Below, piece by piece: positions 56,939-64,000 of a stretch of 64,000 bases of DNA. The notes under the pieces are model-generated. The model saw only the letters and a program-made list of their open reading frames with translations. It made no database searches and was not told where the DNA came from. The translations under genes were made by a program, and so were the position numbers. Each line of letters starts with the position of its first letter. The stretch's first letter is position 1. Source of the DNA: Christensenellaceae bacterium (GTDB taxonomy: Bacteria; Bacillota; Clostridia; Christensenellales; Borkfalkiaceae); the NCBI GenBank assembly GCA_045598545.1, contig JAZLMI010000005.1, forward strand, positions 7,665-71,664, in the 5' to 3' direction.

Positions 56939-57577
56939 TTATTTCGTTCCGAAAATTCTGTCGCCGGCATCACCTAAACCGGGAAGGATATATCCGTTTT
57001 CGTTTAAGCACCTATCGAGAGTTGAAATATATATTTCAACGTCGGGGTGGTTTTCTGCTACTTTTTCAACGCCTTCGGGAGCAGCGATAATACTCATCAA
57101 CTTAATTTTTTTGCAACCACGTTTTTTAAGCATTTTTATAGCGTCCGAAGCACTTCCGCCCGTAGCGAGCATAGGGTCTACAACCATAACGACTTTTTCT
57201 TCTATACCCGTCGGAAGTTTACAATAATATTCTTGAGGTTCTAAAGTCGTTTCATCACGGTAAAGTCCAATATGACCAACCTTTGCCGCAGGGAATAAAG
57301 AAAGTATTCCGTCAACCATACCGAGTCCCGCACGAAGTATAGGAACTATTGCAACGGAGTTTTCTTTAACCATAATTTGTTCAGTCGTTTCTAACGGCGT
57401 TTCCACCATAACCTTTTGAGTGGGAACGTCTTTAAAACTTTCATAAGCCATTAAAGTCGCTATTTCCCCTATTATTTCTCTGAAATTCTTGGTGTCGGTG
57501 GTTTTATTTCTTATTATGGCGAGTTTATGTCTTATTAACGGGTGGTCTAAAATATGCACGTTTTTATATTCTTTCAT
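56939..57577 (-). CDS. upp: Uracil phosphoribosyltransferase
   Basis: Starts [18 protein letters not shown]...R. PRPP loop [11 protein letters not shown] and C-terminus [14 protein letters not shown] prefer the start at ATG 57577 (AAGGAG upstream). Confidence 0.95.
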   Translation of the reverse strand: MKEYKNVHILDHPLIRHKLAIIRNKTTDTKNFREIIGEIATLMAYESFKDVPTQKVMVETPLETTEQIMVKENSVAIVPILRAGLGMVDGILSLFPAAKVGHIGLYRDETTLEPQEYYCKLPTGIEEKVVMVVDPMLATGGSASDAIKMLKKRGCKKIKLMSIIAAPEGVEKVAENHPDVEIYISTLDRCLNENGYILPGLGDAGDRIFGTK

Positions 57578-57659
57578 AATTTTCTCCTTTACAATGCAAT
57601 ATCTTGCCCCGTTAATTAGGGGCAAGATAATTGTATTTATTATATTTATTGTTTAGAAA

Positions 57660-59042
57660 TTACTTGTTCTTTTTTTCCTCTTCTTTTCTTGCGTCGTATT
57701 TAACTTTGTAAGGCAAGCAAACGAGGTTTGCGATAATTCCGAGTATCAATGCACAAGCAACTTCGGTAATTGTTATTTGTCCGAAAGTCAAACTCATTCC
57801 GCCGATACCTGCAATTAGTATAGCCGACACAACGAACAAATTGTGCTTTTTATTTAAGTCTACGTCTTGTATCATCTTTAAGCCTGATACAGCGATGAAG
57901 CCGTACAATGTTAAGCATACGCCACCCATTACACAGGAAGGAATAGTTGCAAGTAAGGTTGAGAAAGGTCCGATAAAGGAAATTACGATAGCCATACAAG
58001 CCGTTACTAAAATCGTGATTACCGAAGCATTTCCGGAGATTGCTACACAACCTACCGATTCGCCGTAAGTAGTGTTAGGACAGCCACCGAAGAAAGCACC
58101 TGCGATAGAACCTACGCCGTCGCCGAGTAACGTTCTATGTAAACCGGGGTTTCTCAATAAATCTTCACCGATTATAGAAGATAAGTTCTTGTGGTCTGCA
58201 ATATGCTCTGCAAAAACAACGAACGCAACAGGGATATAAGCGACTGCGATAGTTCCTATGTATGCCCCGTCTATAGCGTCAAAACCTTTAAACGCTTCTA
58301 TAAACGTGAAATCAGGATACCATTGCATATTATTAAATGCTGAAAAGTCTATAATTTTGATTCCGCAAAGAGTGAATATTGTTGCAACAATGTAACCTGC
58401 GACAATACCGATTACAAAAGGTATCATTTTTATAAATTTATTCTTAATGTATACAGAAGAAATTACAACCGCAAACAATGTTACCAAACCACAAGCAAAA
58501 TATGCAAAACCTTCATTTGCCATAACGAAATTGCCGTTTGCATCCATCGTTGTTACATTGGCACTGAATCCAACCAAGTCGTTTATTGCGTTTCCAGCCA
58601 AACTTAAACCTATAATAGCAACCGTAGGTCCTATAACAACTGCCGGCATAAGCTTATCAATCCAGTCTACACCACAGAATTTAACTATTAAAGCAATAAC
58701 TACGTAAACAAGACCTGCAAGTATTGCACCGATTAAAAGTCCTAAATATCCTGCAGAAATAGACGCAGCACCGGCAAACGCCGCACCCATAGAACCCAAG
58801 AATGCAAAAGACGAGCCTAAAAATACAGGGCTTTTGAATTTGGTAAAGAGTAAGTAAACTATCGTACCTACGCCCGCACCGAAAAGAGCAGCGGAAGCAC
58901 TCATACCGTGACCTACGATAGCAGGTACTGCGATAGTTGCCGCCATAATAGCCAAGAGTTGTTGAAGTGCGAAAACGATAAGTTGTCCGAACTTCGGTTT
59001 GTCATTGACTTGATAAGTCAAGTCCATTTTTGTTGTTGCCAT
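57660..59042 (-). CDS. Uracil/xanthine permease (NCS2 family; UraA/PyrP-like)
   Basis: About 460 aa, 13-14 TM, NCS2-like motifs (FGGCPNTTYGESVG). Lies upstream of upp. I prefer the start MATTKMDL, because the GGAGG sits inside the longer ORF. Confidence 0.88.
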   Translation of the reverse strand: MATTKMDLTYQVNDKPKFGQLIVFALQQLLAIMAATIAVPAIVGHGMSASAALFGAGVGTIVYLLFTKFKSPVFLGSSFAFLGSMGAAFAGAASISAGYLGLLIGAILAGLVYVVIALIVKFCGVDWIDKLMPAVVIGPTVAIIGLSLAGNAINDLVGFSANVTTMDANGNFVMANEGFAYFACGLVTLFAVVISSVYIKNKFIKMIPFVIGIVAGYIVATIFTLCGIKIIDFSAFNNMQWYPDFTFIEAFKGFDAIDGAYIGTIAVAYIPVAFVVFAEHIADHKNLSSIIGEDLLRNPGLHRTLLGDGVGSIAGAFFGGCPNTTYGESVGCVAISGNASVITILVTACMAIVISFIGPFSTLLATIPSCVMGGVCLTLYGFIAVSGLKMIQDVDLNKKHNLFVVSAILIAGIGGMSLTFGQITITEVACALILGIIANLVCLPYKVKYDARKEEEKKNK

Positions 59043-59120
59043 AAGCAAAACCTCCATAAATTTTTACTTTTGTTTTTATATATCGAACGAAATTGCTTTC
59101 GAAGATACTCTAACTTAGGC

Positions 59121-59150
59121 AAAAAAAAGAAGTCCTTAAAAAAGGACTTC
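59121..59150 (-). terminator. Intrinsic terminator in the uracil-permease leader (candidate attenuator; alternatively the terminator of the upstream ssb-like gene)
   Basis: On the minus strand: GAAGUCCUU-UUUU-AAGGACUUC followed by U8. It lies about 80 nt upstream of the permease ATG. Confidence 0.65.
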
Positions 59151-59250
59151 AAAAGGAATAAATATTTTTTAAATTTAAAAGGGAAAGGAAAAATTGAAAA
59201 AACTTTGCCTTTGTGTTGGCAATTAAGTTAACTCCGCAAAAGCTCAGCAT
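59149..59250 (-). CDS. Candidate leader peptide ORF (33 codons)
   Basis: GAGGGG lies 7 nt upstream of the ATG at 59250. Peptide: MLSFCGVNLIANTKAKFFQFFLSLLNLKNIYSF. The UGA stop sits in the 5-prime arm of the terminator stem. No homology recognised. Confidence 0.25.
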   Translation of the reverse strand: MLSFCGVNLIANTKAKFFQFFLSLLNLKNIYSF

Positions 59251-59278
59251 AATTTATCCCCTCAAATTCATTATTATG

Positions 59279-59308
59279 ATTATAACATAAAAGAGATAAA
59301 AGTTCCAA
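59279..59308 (-). promoter_or_regulatory. Putative promoter upstream of the permease leader
   Basis: On the minus strand: TTGGAA (59308-59303), 18-nt spacer, TG-extended TATAAT (59284-59279). Confidence 0.45.
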
Positions 59309-59336
59309 ACATTTTTAAAAAGTTTTTTAAAATTTT

Positions 59337-60047
59337 TTAATCAACGTAAATTTCGGTAGAAGAATCGTTATTATCAGCCGTATTATTAGCAAAAGAGAAG
59401 AATTCTTGGTCTAAATCGAAAGAATCTACGTTAGAATAAGCGACTAATTTACTTATAGACACTTCGTAAGCGGTCAATATTTTGGTTTCTTCTTCGGATA
59501 GTTTTTTTTGATATTCACGGCTTTGAATTCTACCCGAGATTGCAATTTTTTCTCCGACCTCTAAATTTTTAGAAAATCTTGCGTTTCTACCCCAAGCGAT
59601 ACAAGGGATATAATCGGACTTATTATAGGAGCGGTTAACGGCGATTAAAATATCGGCGATTTCCCTGTTAAAAGGAGTAGTTCTGTAAACGGGCGGTTTA
59701 CAAATATATCCCGAAAGGACGATACTGTTAGGGTTTCTAACCGAAACGAAGTCTAAAATTTCACGGATAAAGACGGTAAGCATGAGTTTACTTTTGCCGT
59801 CAATAAACTTATTGTAACTTCTAAACTGACCGATAGCGTTAATGATAACGCCTTTTTTTAAAGACTTATCGGAAATAAGTCTTTCGGACACCGTAACGGG
59901 AAGGATATCGCCCTGTCCCGAAAGACGCAAGACTTTAACGTTCATTTCATAGAAGCCTTCGCCGTATACTTCGTGAGAGAATTCTGCGTCGGTAACAATT
60001 TCCCCGCTGATAAATACTCTGTTGTTTTTCTCTGTTTCTGTGTTCAT
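59337..60047 (-). CDS. Single-stranded DNA-binding-like protein with two OB-fold halves
   Basis: 236 aa. Two internally similar segments (N.V.ISGEIV....FSHEVYGE.FY...V.V.RLS...D.LPV and NS.VLSGYICK.P.YR.TP..REIAD.L.AVNR......DYIPCIAWGRNA), then an acidic tail ending in an aromatic residue. Confidence 0.6.
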   Translation of the reverse strand: MNTETEKNNRVFISGEIVTDAEFSHEVYGEGFYEMNVKVLRLSGQGDILPVTVSERLISDKSLKKGVIINAIGQFRSYNKFIDGKSKLMLTVFIREILDFVSVRNPNSIVLSGYICKPPVYRTTPFNREIADILIAVNRSYNKSDYIPCIAWGRNARFSKNLEVGEKIAISGRIQSREYQKKLSEEETKILTAYEVSISKLVAYSNVDSFDLDQEFFSFANNTADNNDSSTEIYVD

Positions 60048-60077
60048 AAAAAATTTCCTCCAAAAGAATTTCTAAAA

Positions 60078-60845
60078 TTAAGTAATCGGAATTTGAGTTC
60101 CGTCGAAAGCGATAGTGAAATTATCTCTGTAAATAAGTTCCCCAATAGTAACGAAAGAGAATCCTTGTTGTTTTAGGGAAGTAATAATATCGGGAAGAGC
60201 CTCTAAAGTATGAAGACCGTTGTTATGAAAAAGCACGATAGAGCCGTTTTTAACCTTGTTTAAGACTCTTTTTTTTATGTCTTCCCTAGAGATATTTTTC
60301 CAATCGATAGAATCGACGTCCCATTGAATAGTAAAAAATCCCAAATCCCTAGCGGTAGTAATAAGTAAGTCGTCGTAATCGCCGTAAGGGGCACGGAATA
60401 AATCCACTTTTTTACCCGTAATATTTTCTATTGCTGAAGAAGAAGTGTTAAGTTCTTTTTCTATATCGGTTTTAGAAAGTTTACTCATATAAGGGTGAGT
60501 TGCGGAATGAGTACCGATTTCGTGACCGTAATCGGAGATTTTTTTAATATAATCGGGATACTTAACCGTCCAAAACTCGACCGCAAAAAAAGTGGACTTA
60601 ACGTTTTCCTTTTTCATAACGTCTAAAATTCCGTCGGTGTATTCAACGCCCCAAGCACAGTCGAAAGAAATGGCGATTTTCTTTTCGTCTGTCTTAACGC
60701 AATATATAGGCAGTTCTCTTTTTTTAGATTCCGAAAAAGTGGAAATAATACCGCTTTTTAAGATTATAGTAATGAGTAATATACAGGCTAAAATTATAGA
60801 CGATATTATAAGTAACTTTTTTTTCTTGACGAATACGAAAAACAT
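60078..60845 (-). CDS. Polysaccharide deacetylase (NodB domain; PdaA/PdaB-like)
   Basis: N-terminal TM/signal. NodB motifs FDCAWG, HS..H (GTHSATHP), RAPYG, LFH. Confidence 0.88.
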   Translation of the reverse strand: MFFVFVKKKKLLIISSIILACILLITIILKSGIISTFSESKKRELPIYCVKTDEKKIAISFDCAWGVEYTDGILDVMKKENVKSTFFAVEFWTVKYPDYIKKISDYGHEIGTHSATHPYMSKLSKTDIEKELNTSSSAIENITGKKVDLFRAPYGDYDDLLITTARDLGFFTIQWDVDSIDWKNISREDIKKRVLNKVKNGSIVLFHNNGLHTLEALPDIITSLKQQGFSFVTIGELIYRDNFTIAFDGTQIPIT

Positions 60846-60993
60846 TATAATTTACTCCGAAACAAAAATTTTAAAGATAAAAGACTATTTATATACGTTT
60901 TTGTCGAAAAATAACTTTGCTTTAATCTATATATAATGTATTCCCCGTTTTTGGTTTCAAGACCTATATCCAAAAATTTCCATTTAAAAAATA

Positions 60994-61007
60994 CGAACAA
61001 ATGTTTG
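60994..61007 (+). promoter_or_regulatory. LexA (DinR) operator / Cheo box
   Basis: CGAACAAATGTTTG matches the Firmicute consensus CGAACRNRYGTTYC at 13 of 14 positions and overlaps the -35 element of the downstream promoter. Confidence 0.55.
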
Positions 61008-61033
61008 ACTTTTAATTGTTTAGGTAGTATACT
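61005..61033 (+). promoter_or_regulatory. Promoter of the radical-SAM/DUF4130 operon (predicted leaderless transcript)
   Basis: TTGACT (61005-61010), 17-nt spacer, TATACT (61028-61033). The ATG at 61040 begins 7 nt after the -10 and has no SD. Confidence 0.55.
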
Positions 61034-61039
61034 CGAAGT

Positions 61040-62293
61040 ATGATAGATGCAAAAAGGCTTACGATATTGACGAACGGTGCTAAATACGACGTATCGTGTT
61101 CGTCTTCGGGGTCAAAGAGAGAAAATAAGGAAGGCGGATTAGGGAACGCCTGTTTTGCGGGGATATGCCACTCTTTTACACAAGACGGTAGATGTATATC
61201 TTTATTAAAGATGCTTTTAAGTAACGACTGTGCATACGACTGTAAATACTGTGTAAACCGTAGAAGTAACGACGTAGATAGGGCTACCGCCACCCCGACC
61301 GAGATATGTGAGTTGGTTATAGAGTTTTATAAAAGGAATTATATAGAAGGTTTGTTTTTGTCTTCGGCGATAATAAAGAACGCCAACTATACTATGGAAC
61401 TTTTATTTGAAACGGCAAAAAAATTAAGGACGGAATATCACTTTAACGGATATATACATTTAAAAGGAATTCCCTCCGCCGATAAAACTCTTATAGAAAA
61501 AGCGGGATTTTATGCGGATAGAATGAGTTTCAATATAGAGTTACCAACCGAAAAGAGTTTGAACTTGTTAGCCCCGCAAAAAAGTAAAAAAGCGATAATA
61601 GAGCCAATGAAAATGTTGGCACTAGATAAGCACTACGATTCTCCGTTAAAAAGAAGACCGGATTTTTTGCCTGCGGGACAAACGACGCAAATGATAATCG
61701 GAGCATCCCCTGAAACAGATGCACATATATTAAAACTTACCGAATATATGTATTCTAACTATAAATTAAAAAGGGTGTATTATTCTTCCTACGTTCCTAC
61801 TAATTTTTCAACTTCCCTTCTCCCCTACACGCCTACTCCGCTTATAAGGGAAAATAGACTGTACCAAGCGGACTGGCTTTTGAGATTTTACGGGTTTACG
61901 GCGGAAGAGATAACCGAAAACGATGGAAATCTCTCATTAGAGTGCGACCCCAAATGTGCTTGGGCGTTAAGGCATTTAGAATACTTCCCGATAGAGATAA
62001 ATAAAGCACCGCTTGATATGATTTTAAGAGTGCCGGGGATAGGCGTTAGGACTGCAAGAAGAATAGTTTCCGCAAGGAAATATTGTAAACTGCAATTTGA
62101 AGATTTGAAAAGATTGAGAGTGGTATTAAAACGGGCTATGCACTTTATTACGATTGAGGGTAAATTTTACGGAGAAACAAAAGAAAACGCACTTAAAAAT
62201 TTACTGACTTCGGGAGAAAATTTAAAGGTAACGCAACTTTCTATGTTTAACGAAATAGAAGCGGGAATTTCCGCATTAACGGGTGAACTATGA
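61040..62293 (+). CDS. Putative DNA modification/repair radical SAM protein (TIGR03916-like)
   Basis: 417 aa. N-terminal AKYDVSC.SSG and the radical SAM triad CAYDCKYC. The C-terminal region is helix-hairpin-helix-like (LRVPGIGVRTARRIV). Confidence 0.8.
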   Translation: MIDAKRLTILTNGAKYDVSCSSSGSKRENKEGGLGNACFAGICHSFTQDGRCISLLKMLLSNDCAYDCKYCVNRRSNDVDRATATPTEICELVIEFYKRNYIEGLFLSSAIIKNANYTMELLFETAKKLRTEYHFNGYIHLKGIPSADKTLIEKAGFYADRMSFNIELPTEKSLNLLAPQKSKKAIIEPMKMLALDKHYDSPLKRRPDFLPAGQTTQMIIGASPETDAHILKLTEYMYSNYKLKRVYYSSYVPTNFSTSLLPYTPTPLIRENRLYQADWLLRFYGFTAEEITENDGNLSLECDPKCAWALRHLEYFPIEINKAPLDMILRVPGIGVRTARRIVSARKYCKLQFEDLKRLRVVLKRAMHFITIEGKFYGETKENALKNLLTSGENLKVTQLSMFNEIEAGISALTGEL

Positions 62294-63027
62294 TTGTATT
62301 TTTAATAGAAAAAAGCGTAGAAGGTATCGCTTCCGCTTTGTATAAAAGTTTTACCGAAAACGTCCTTCCCGACGCAGTTTTCGACGTAGATAACTACCAA
62401 ACCAAAATGGAAGAAACCGAAATAGACGTAACGTGTGAAAAGGAAAAATATAATAAAGTTATCTCGGCAATTTTAAGATATGCGGGAGAGCAAACGCTTT
62501 TAAACTTAAATTATTGCGTTAAATCTTGTAAAGAAGAAGCATTAAGCGTTGCTTTTAATTACTCGTACTTAATACTTAAAGAGAGAAAAGACCTTTCCGA
62601 TAAATGGAATAAAAAAGAAGTGTCTGACTTTAACTTTATCGTTCAAACGGTAAGTAAAGAAAGACACTATATAACGGGATTTTTAAGGTTTAAAGAAACT
62701 CTTAAAGGCGTACTGTATGCGGAATTTTCTCCCGATAACGATATAGTAAAGATAGTCGCAACGCATTTTTTCAAAAGGCTTAAAGGTAAACCGTTTGCCA
62801 TACACGACTTAAAGAGAAAAATAGCCGTTTTATCTAACGGCAAAGAAATGCAAATAGTAGAAACTAACTCTGTAACGGTAAATTTAAGTAATAAGGAAAG
62901 CGAAATAGAAAAACTGTGGAAAAAATACGTAAAGTCAGTAAACATAAAAGAGCGAAAAAACTTACGCCAACAATCTAACTTTATGCCTAAACGGTATCGA
63001 AAGTTTATGCCCGAAACTTGGGAATAA
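62290..63027 (+). CDS. DUF4130 / TIGR03915-like putative DNA repair partner protein (no UDG-like fusion)
   Basis: 245 aa. Overlaps the radical SAM gene by 4 nt (ATGA). Contains a H...GFLRF.E.....LYA.F.P.N.I motif typical of the partner family. Confidence 0.7.
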   Translation: MIVFLIEKSVEGIASALYKSFTENVLPDAVFDVDNYQTKMEETEIDVTCEKEKYNKVISAILRYAGEQTLLNLNYCVKSCKEEALSVAFNYSYLILKERKDLSDKWNKKEVSDFNFIVQTVSKERHYITGFLRFKETLKGVLYAEFSPDNDIVKIVATHFFKRLKGKPFAIHDLKRKIAVLSNGKEMQIVETNSVTVNLSNKESEIEKLWKKYVKSVNIKERKNLRQQSNFMPKRYRKFMPETWE

Positions 63028-63066
63028 AAAAAGTCTGACGCTAAAAAATAGCATCAGACTTTTTTA
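63026..63066. terminator. Bidirectional terminator between two convergent genes
   Basis: Stem AGTCTGA(C)GC / GC(A)TCAGACT, flanked by A6 upstream and T5 downstream. Confidence 0.7.
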
Positions 63067-63091
63067 ATATCTGAAAATTTTTACTTAATTA

Positions 63092-64000
63092 TTATAAGGT
63101 AGGACTCCATACCGTCATTAAAAGCGGTTTTAAAGTAATGGTTTTTCCCGTTAAAATGTTCGTATCGTTAAATACGGTAGTACTTCCCACTTTCTTTCTT
63201 TCGCCCTGATACTCATAATACCAGTAGTTAAACATATAATCTTGGGAATTAACGTCAACAAAAGAAACATCAGAAGCCTTGGGAAGATTATCCCCCATCG
63301 CTTCTCCTGTTTTTACCGTAATCGGACCGAAAGACGTTTGCCCCTCCACTTTAACGGTTACGGGAGAATAACTTAAATTCCAAGAGCCATTTTCATACAC
63401 CCAATCCGACTTCATGCCCGTCAAATCAAAATATACAGTGTAACTCTCTTCTTCATTGTCCTCTATCTTGTACCAGTAATGATTACGATAGGTAGACGTA
63501 AAGCAAGTTGCGTTAGTAGAGGGATTTGTTAGGTCAATTAAAGTTCCGCCCGTATAATCCGAATTTTCCGTTACGTACCAATCCTCAGTATTTTTAAACG
63601 TTACACTTTGTAAGGAAGAACAATTCCAAAACGCATACTCACCTATCGAAGTGACGCTATTTGGTATCTCTATACTTTGTAATGAAGAACAATATTCGCA
63701 CGCCCAGTCATAAATAATTTTACAATTATCATTTATTACGCAAGAAGTTATCGAAGTATTTTTTGCTTTTACTAATACTAAATATTTATTATCGCTATTC
63801 CCTAAATACAATCCGTTACCATATTCGTTATATTGTAAAGAAGCACAACCTAAGAACGCATAATCACCTATCGAAGTGACGCTATTTGGTATCTCTATAC
63901 TTTGTAATGAAGAACAATCATAGAACGCATAATCACCTATTGAAGTGACGCTATTTGGTATTATAAATTCTATTTCGGTTTTACCTATGGCATACTGTAT
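63092..64000 (-). CDS. BspA-type leucine-rich-repeat surface protein, C-terminal part (ORF open to the window edge)
   Basis: Repeated units IPNSVTSIG(D/E)YAF..CSSLQS(I/V). The frame stays open upstream of the TTG/Met used by the track, through to 64000. The C-terminal 170 aa are a non-repeat beta-rich domain. Confidence 0.8.
   Translation of the reverse strand: MQYAIGKTEIEFIIPNSVTSIGDYAFYDCSSLQSIEIPNSVTSIGDYAFLGCASLQYNEYGNGLYLGNSDNKYLVLVKAKNTSITSCVINDNCKIIYDWACEYCSSLQSIEIPNSVTSIGEYAFWNCSSLQSVTFKNTEDWYVTENSDYTGGTLIDLTNPSTNATCFTSTYRNHYWYKIEDNEEESYTVYFDLTGMKSDWVYENGSWNLSYSPVTVKVEGQTSFGPITVKTGEAMGDNLPKASDVSFVDVNSQDYMFNYWYYEYQGERKKVGSTTVFNDTNILTGKTITLKPLLMTVWSPTL
63640..63961 (-). repeat. Near-identical coding repeats (LRR units)
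   Basis: The 54-nt block CACCTATCGAAGTGACGCTATTTGGTATCTCTATACTTTGTAATGAAGAACAAT occurs at 63640-63693 and 63865-63918. A third partial copy at 63923-63961 differs from 63854-63892 by one base. Confidence 0.85.

Noticed and set aside
57596-57632. Hairpin UCUUGCCCC-N8-GGGGCAAGA between the permease and upp, considered as a terminator or attenuator.
   Set aside because: No U-tract follows on the minus strand, and it is immediately followed by the upp SD. It is more likely an inter-cistronic stabiliser. There is not enough evidence to call a feature.
59058-59336. PyrR-binding anti-antiterminator site in the uracil-permease leader.
   Set aside because: No (A/G)UCCAGAGAGG(C/U)U-like sequence is present on the minus-strand RNA. 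I kept the terminator and leader ORF as a PyrR-independent hypothesis.
63640-63961. Direct repeats, considered as a CRISPR array or mobile-element ends.
   Set aside because: The repeats are in-frame LRR coding units with variable, also coding, spacers. There are no cas genes, no transposase, and no non-coding repeat-spacer periodicity.
1-64000. Prophage, transposon, integrase, toxin-antitoxin, restriction-modification or other defence islands, and tRNA/rRNA genes.
   Set aside because: I did not recognise any ORF with recombinase, nuclease/methylase, Cas, abortive-infection or phage structural signatures. No cloverleaf-like tRNA or rRNA sequence was noticed in the spacers. This was visual inspection only and is not exhaustive.

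Overview
AT-rich, low-GC Firmicutes-type chromosome segment. spoIIID, a gerA-type operon and a PdaA/B-like deacetylase point to a spore-forming Clostridia-like organism. Almost all genes are on the minus strand. Content from left to right:

- 1-2.7 kb: a NitT/TauT-type ABC importer with an NMT1/THI5-like binding protein, preceded by a GC-enriched structured leader.
- 2.8-18.8 kb: spoIIID, then the complete S10-spc-alpha ribosomal protein supercluster (rpsJ through rplQ, including secY, adk, map, infA, rpmJ and rpoA).
- 19-33.5 kb: an XRE-HTH polytopic membrane protein, clpX, clpP, tig, rqcH, two RluA-type pseudouridine synthases, a large secreted/anchored protein, a DUF204 (MntP/YtaF) protein, a SAM methyltransferase and a type-2 ileS.
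- 33.65-33.9 kb: a long Bacillus-type SRP RNA on the plus strand. The ORF track misreads it as a 66-aa ORF.
- 34-39 kb: a potABCD-like operon with an XRE-cupin regulator.
- 39.4-43.1 kb: a gerA-type germinant receptor operon.
- 43-56.4 kb: a DeoR-associated catabolic island. It holds lplA, a 2-oxoacid/acetoin-type dehydrogenase complex with a fused E1 alpha-beta and E2-E3-E1 gene order, a SorE-like Zn-ADH, and a PHP / SrlD-like SDR / class II aldolase operon.
- 56.9-59 kb: upp and a uracil permease.
- 59.3-64 kb: a tandem-OB SSB-like protein, a polysaccharide deacetylase, a radical-SAM + DUF4130 pair behind a LexA-box promoter, and a BspA-type LRR surface protein truncated at the window edge.

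I saw no rRNA, tRNA, CRISPR array, transposase, integrase or recognisable defence system. The best candidates for under-described biology are:

- the LexA-box/leaderless radical-SAM + DUF4130 pair;
- the catabolic island;
- several structured leaders or attenuators (ABC leader, S10 leader, uracil-permease leader);
- two SD-preceded small ORFs missed by the 60-aa cutoff.

All homology statements come from my recognition of motifs and families, not from database searches.
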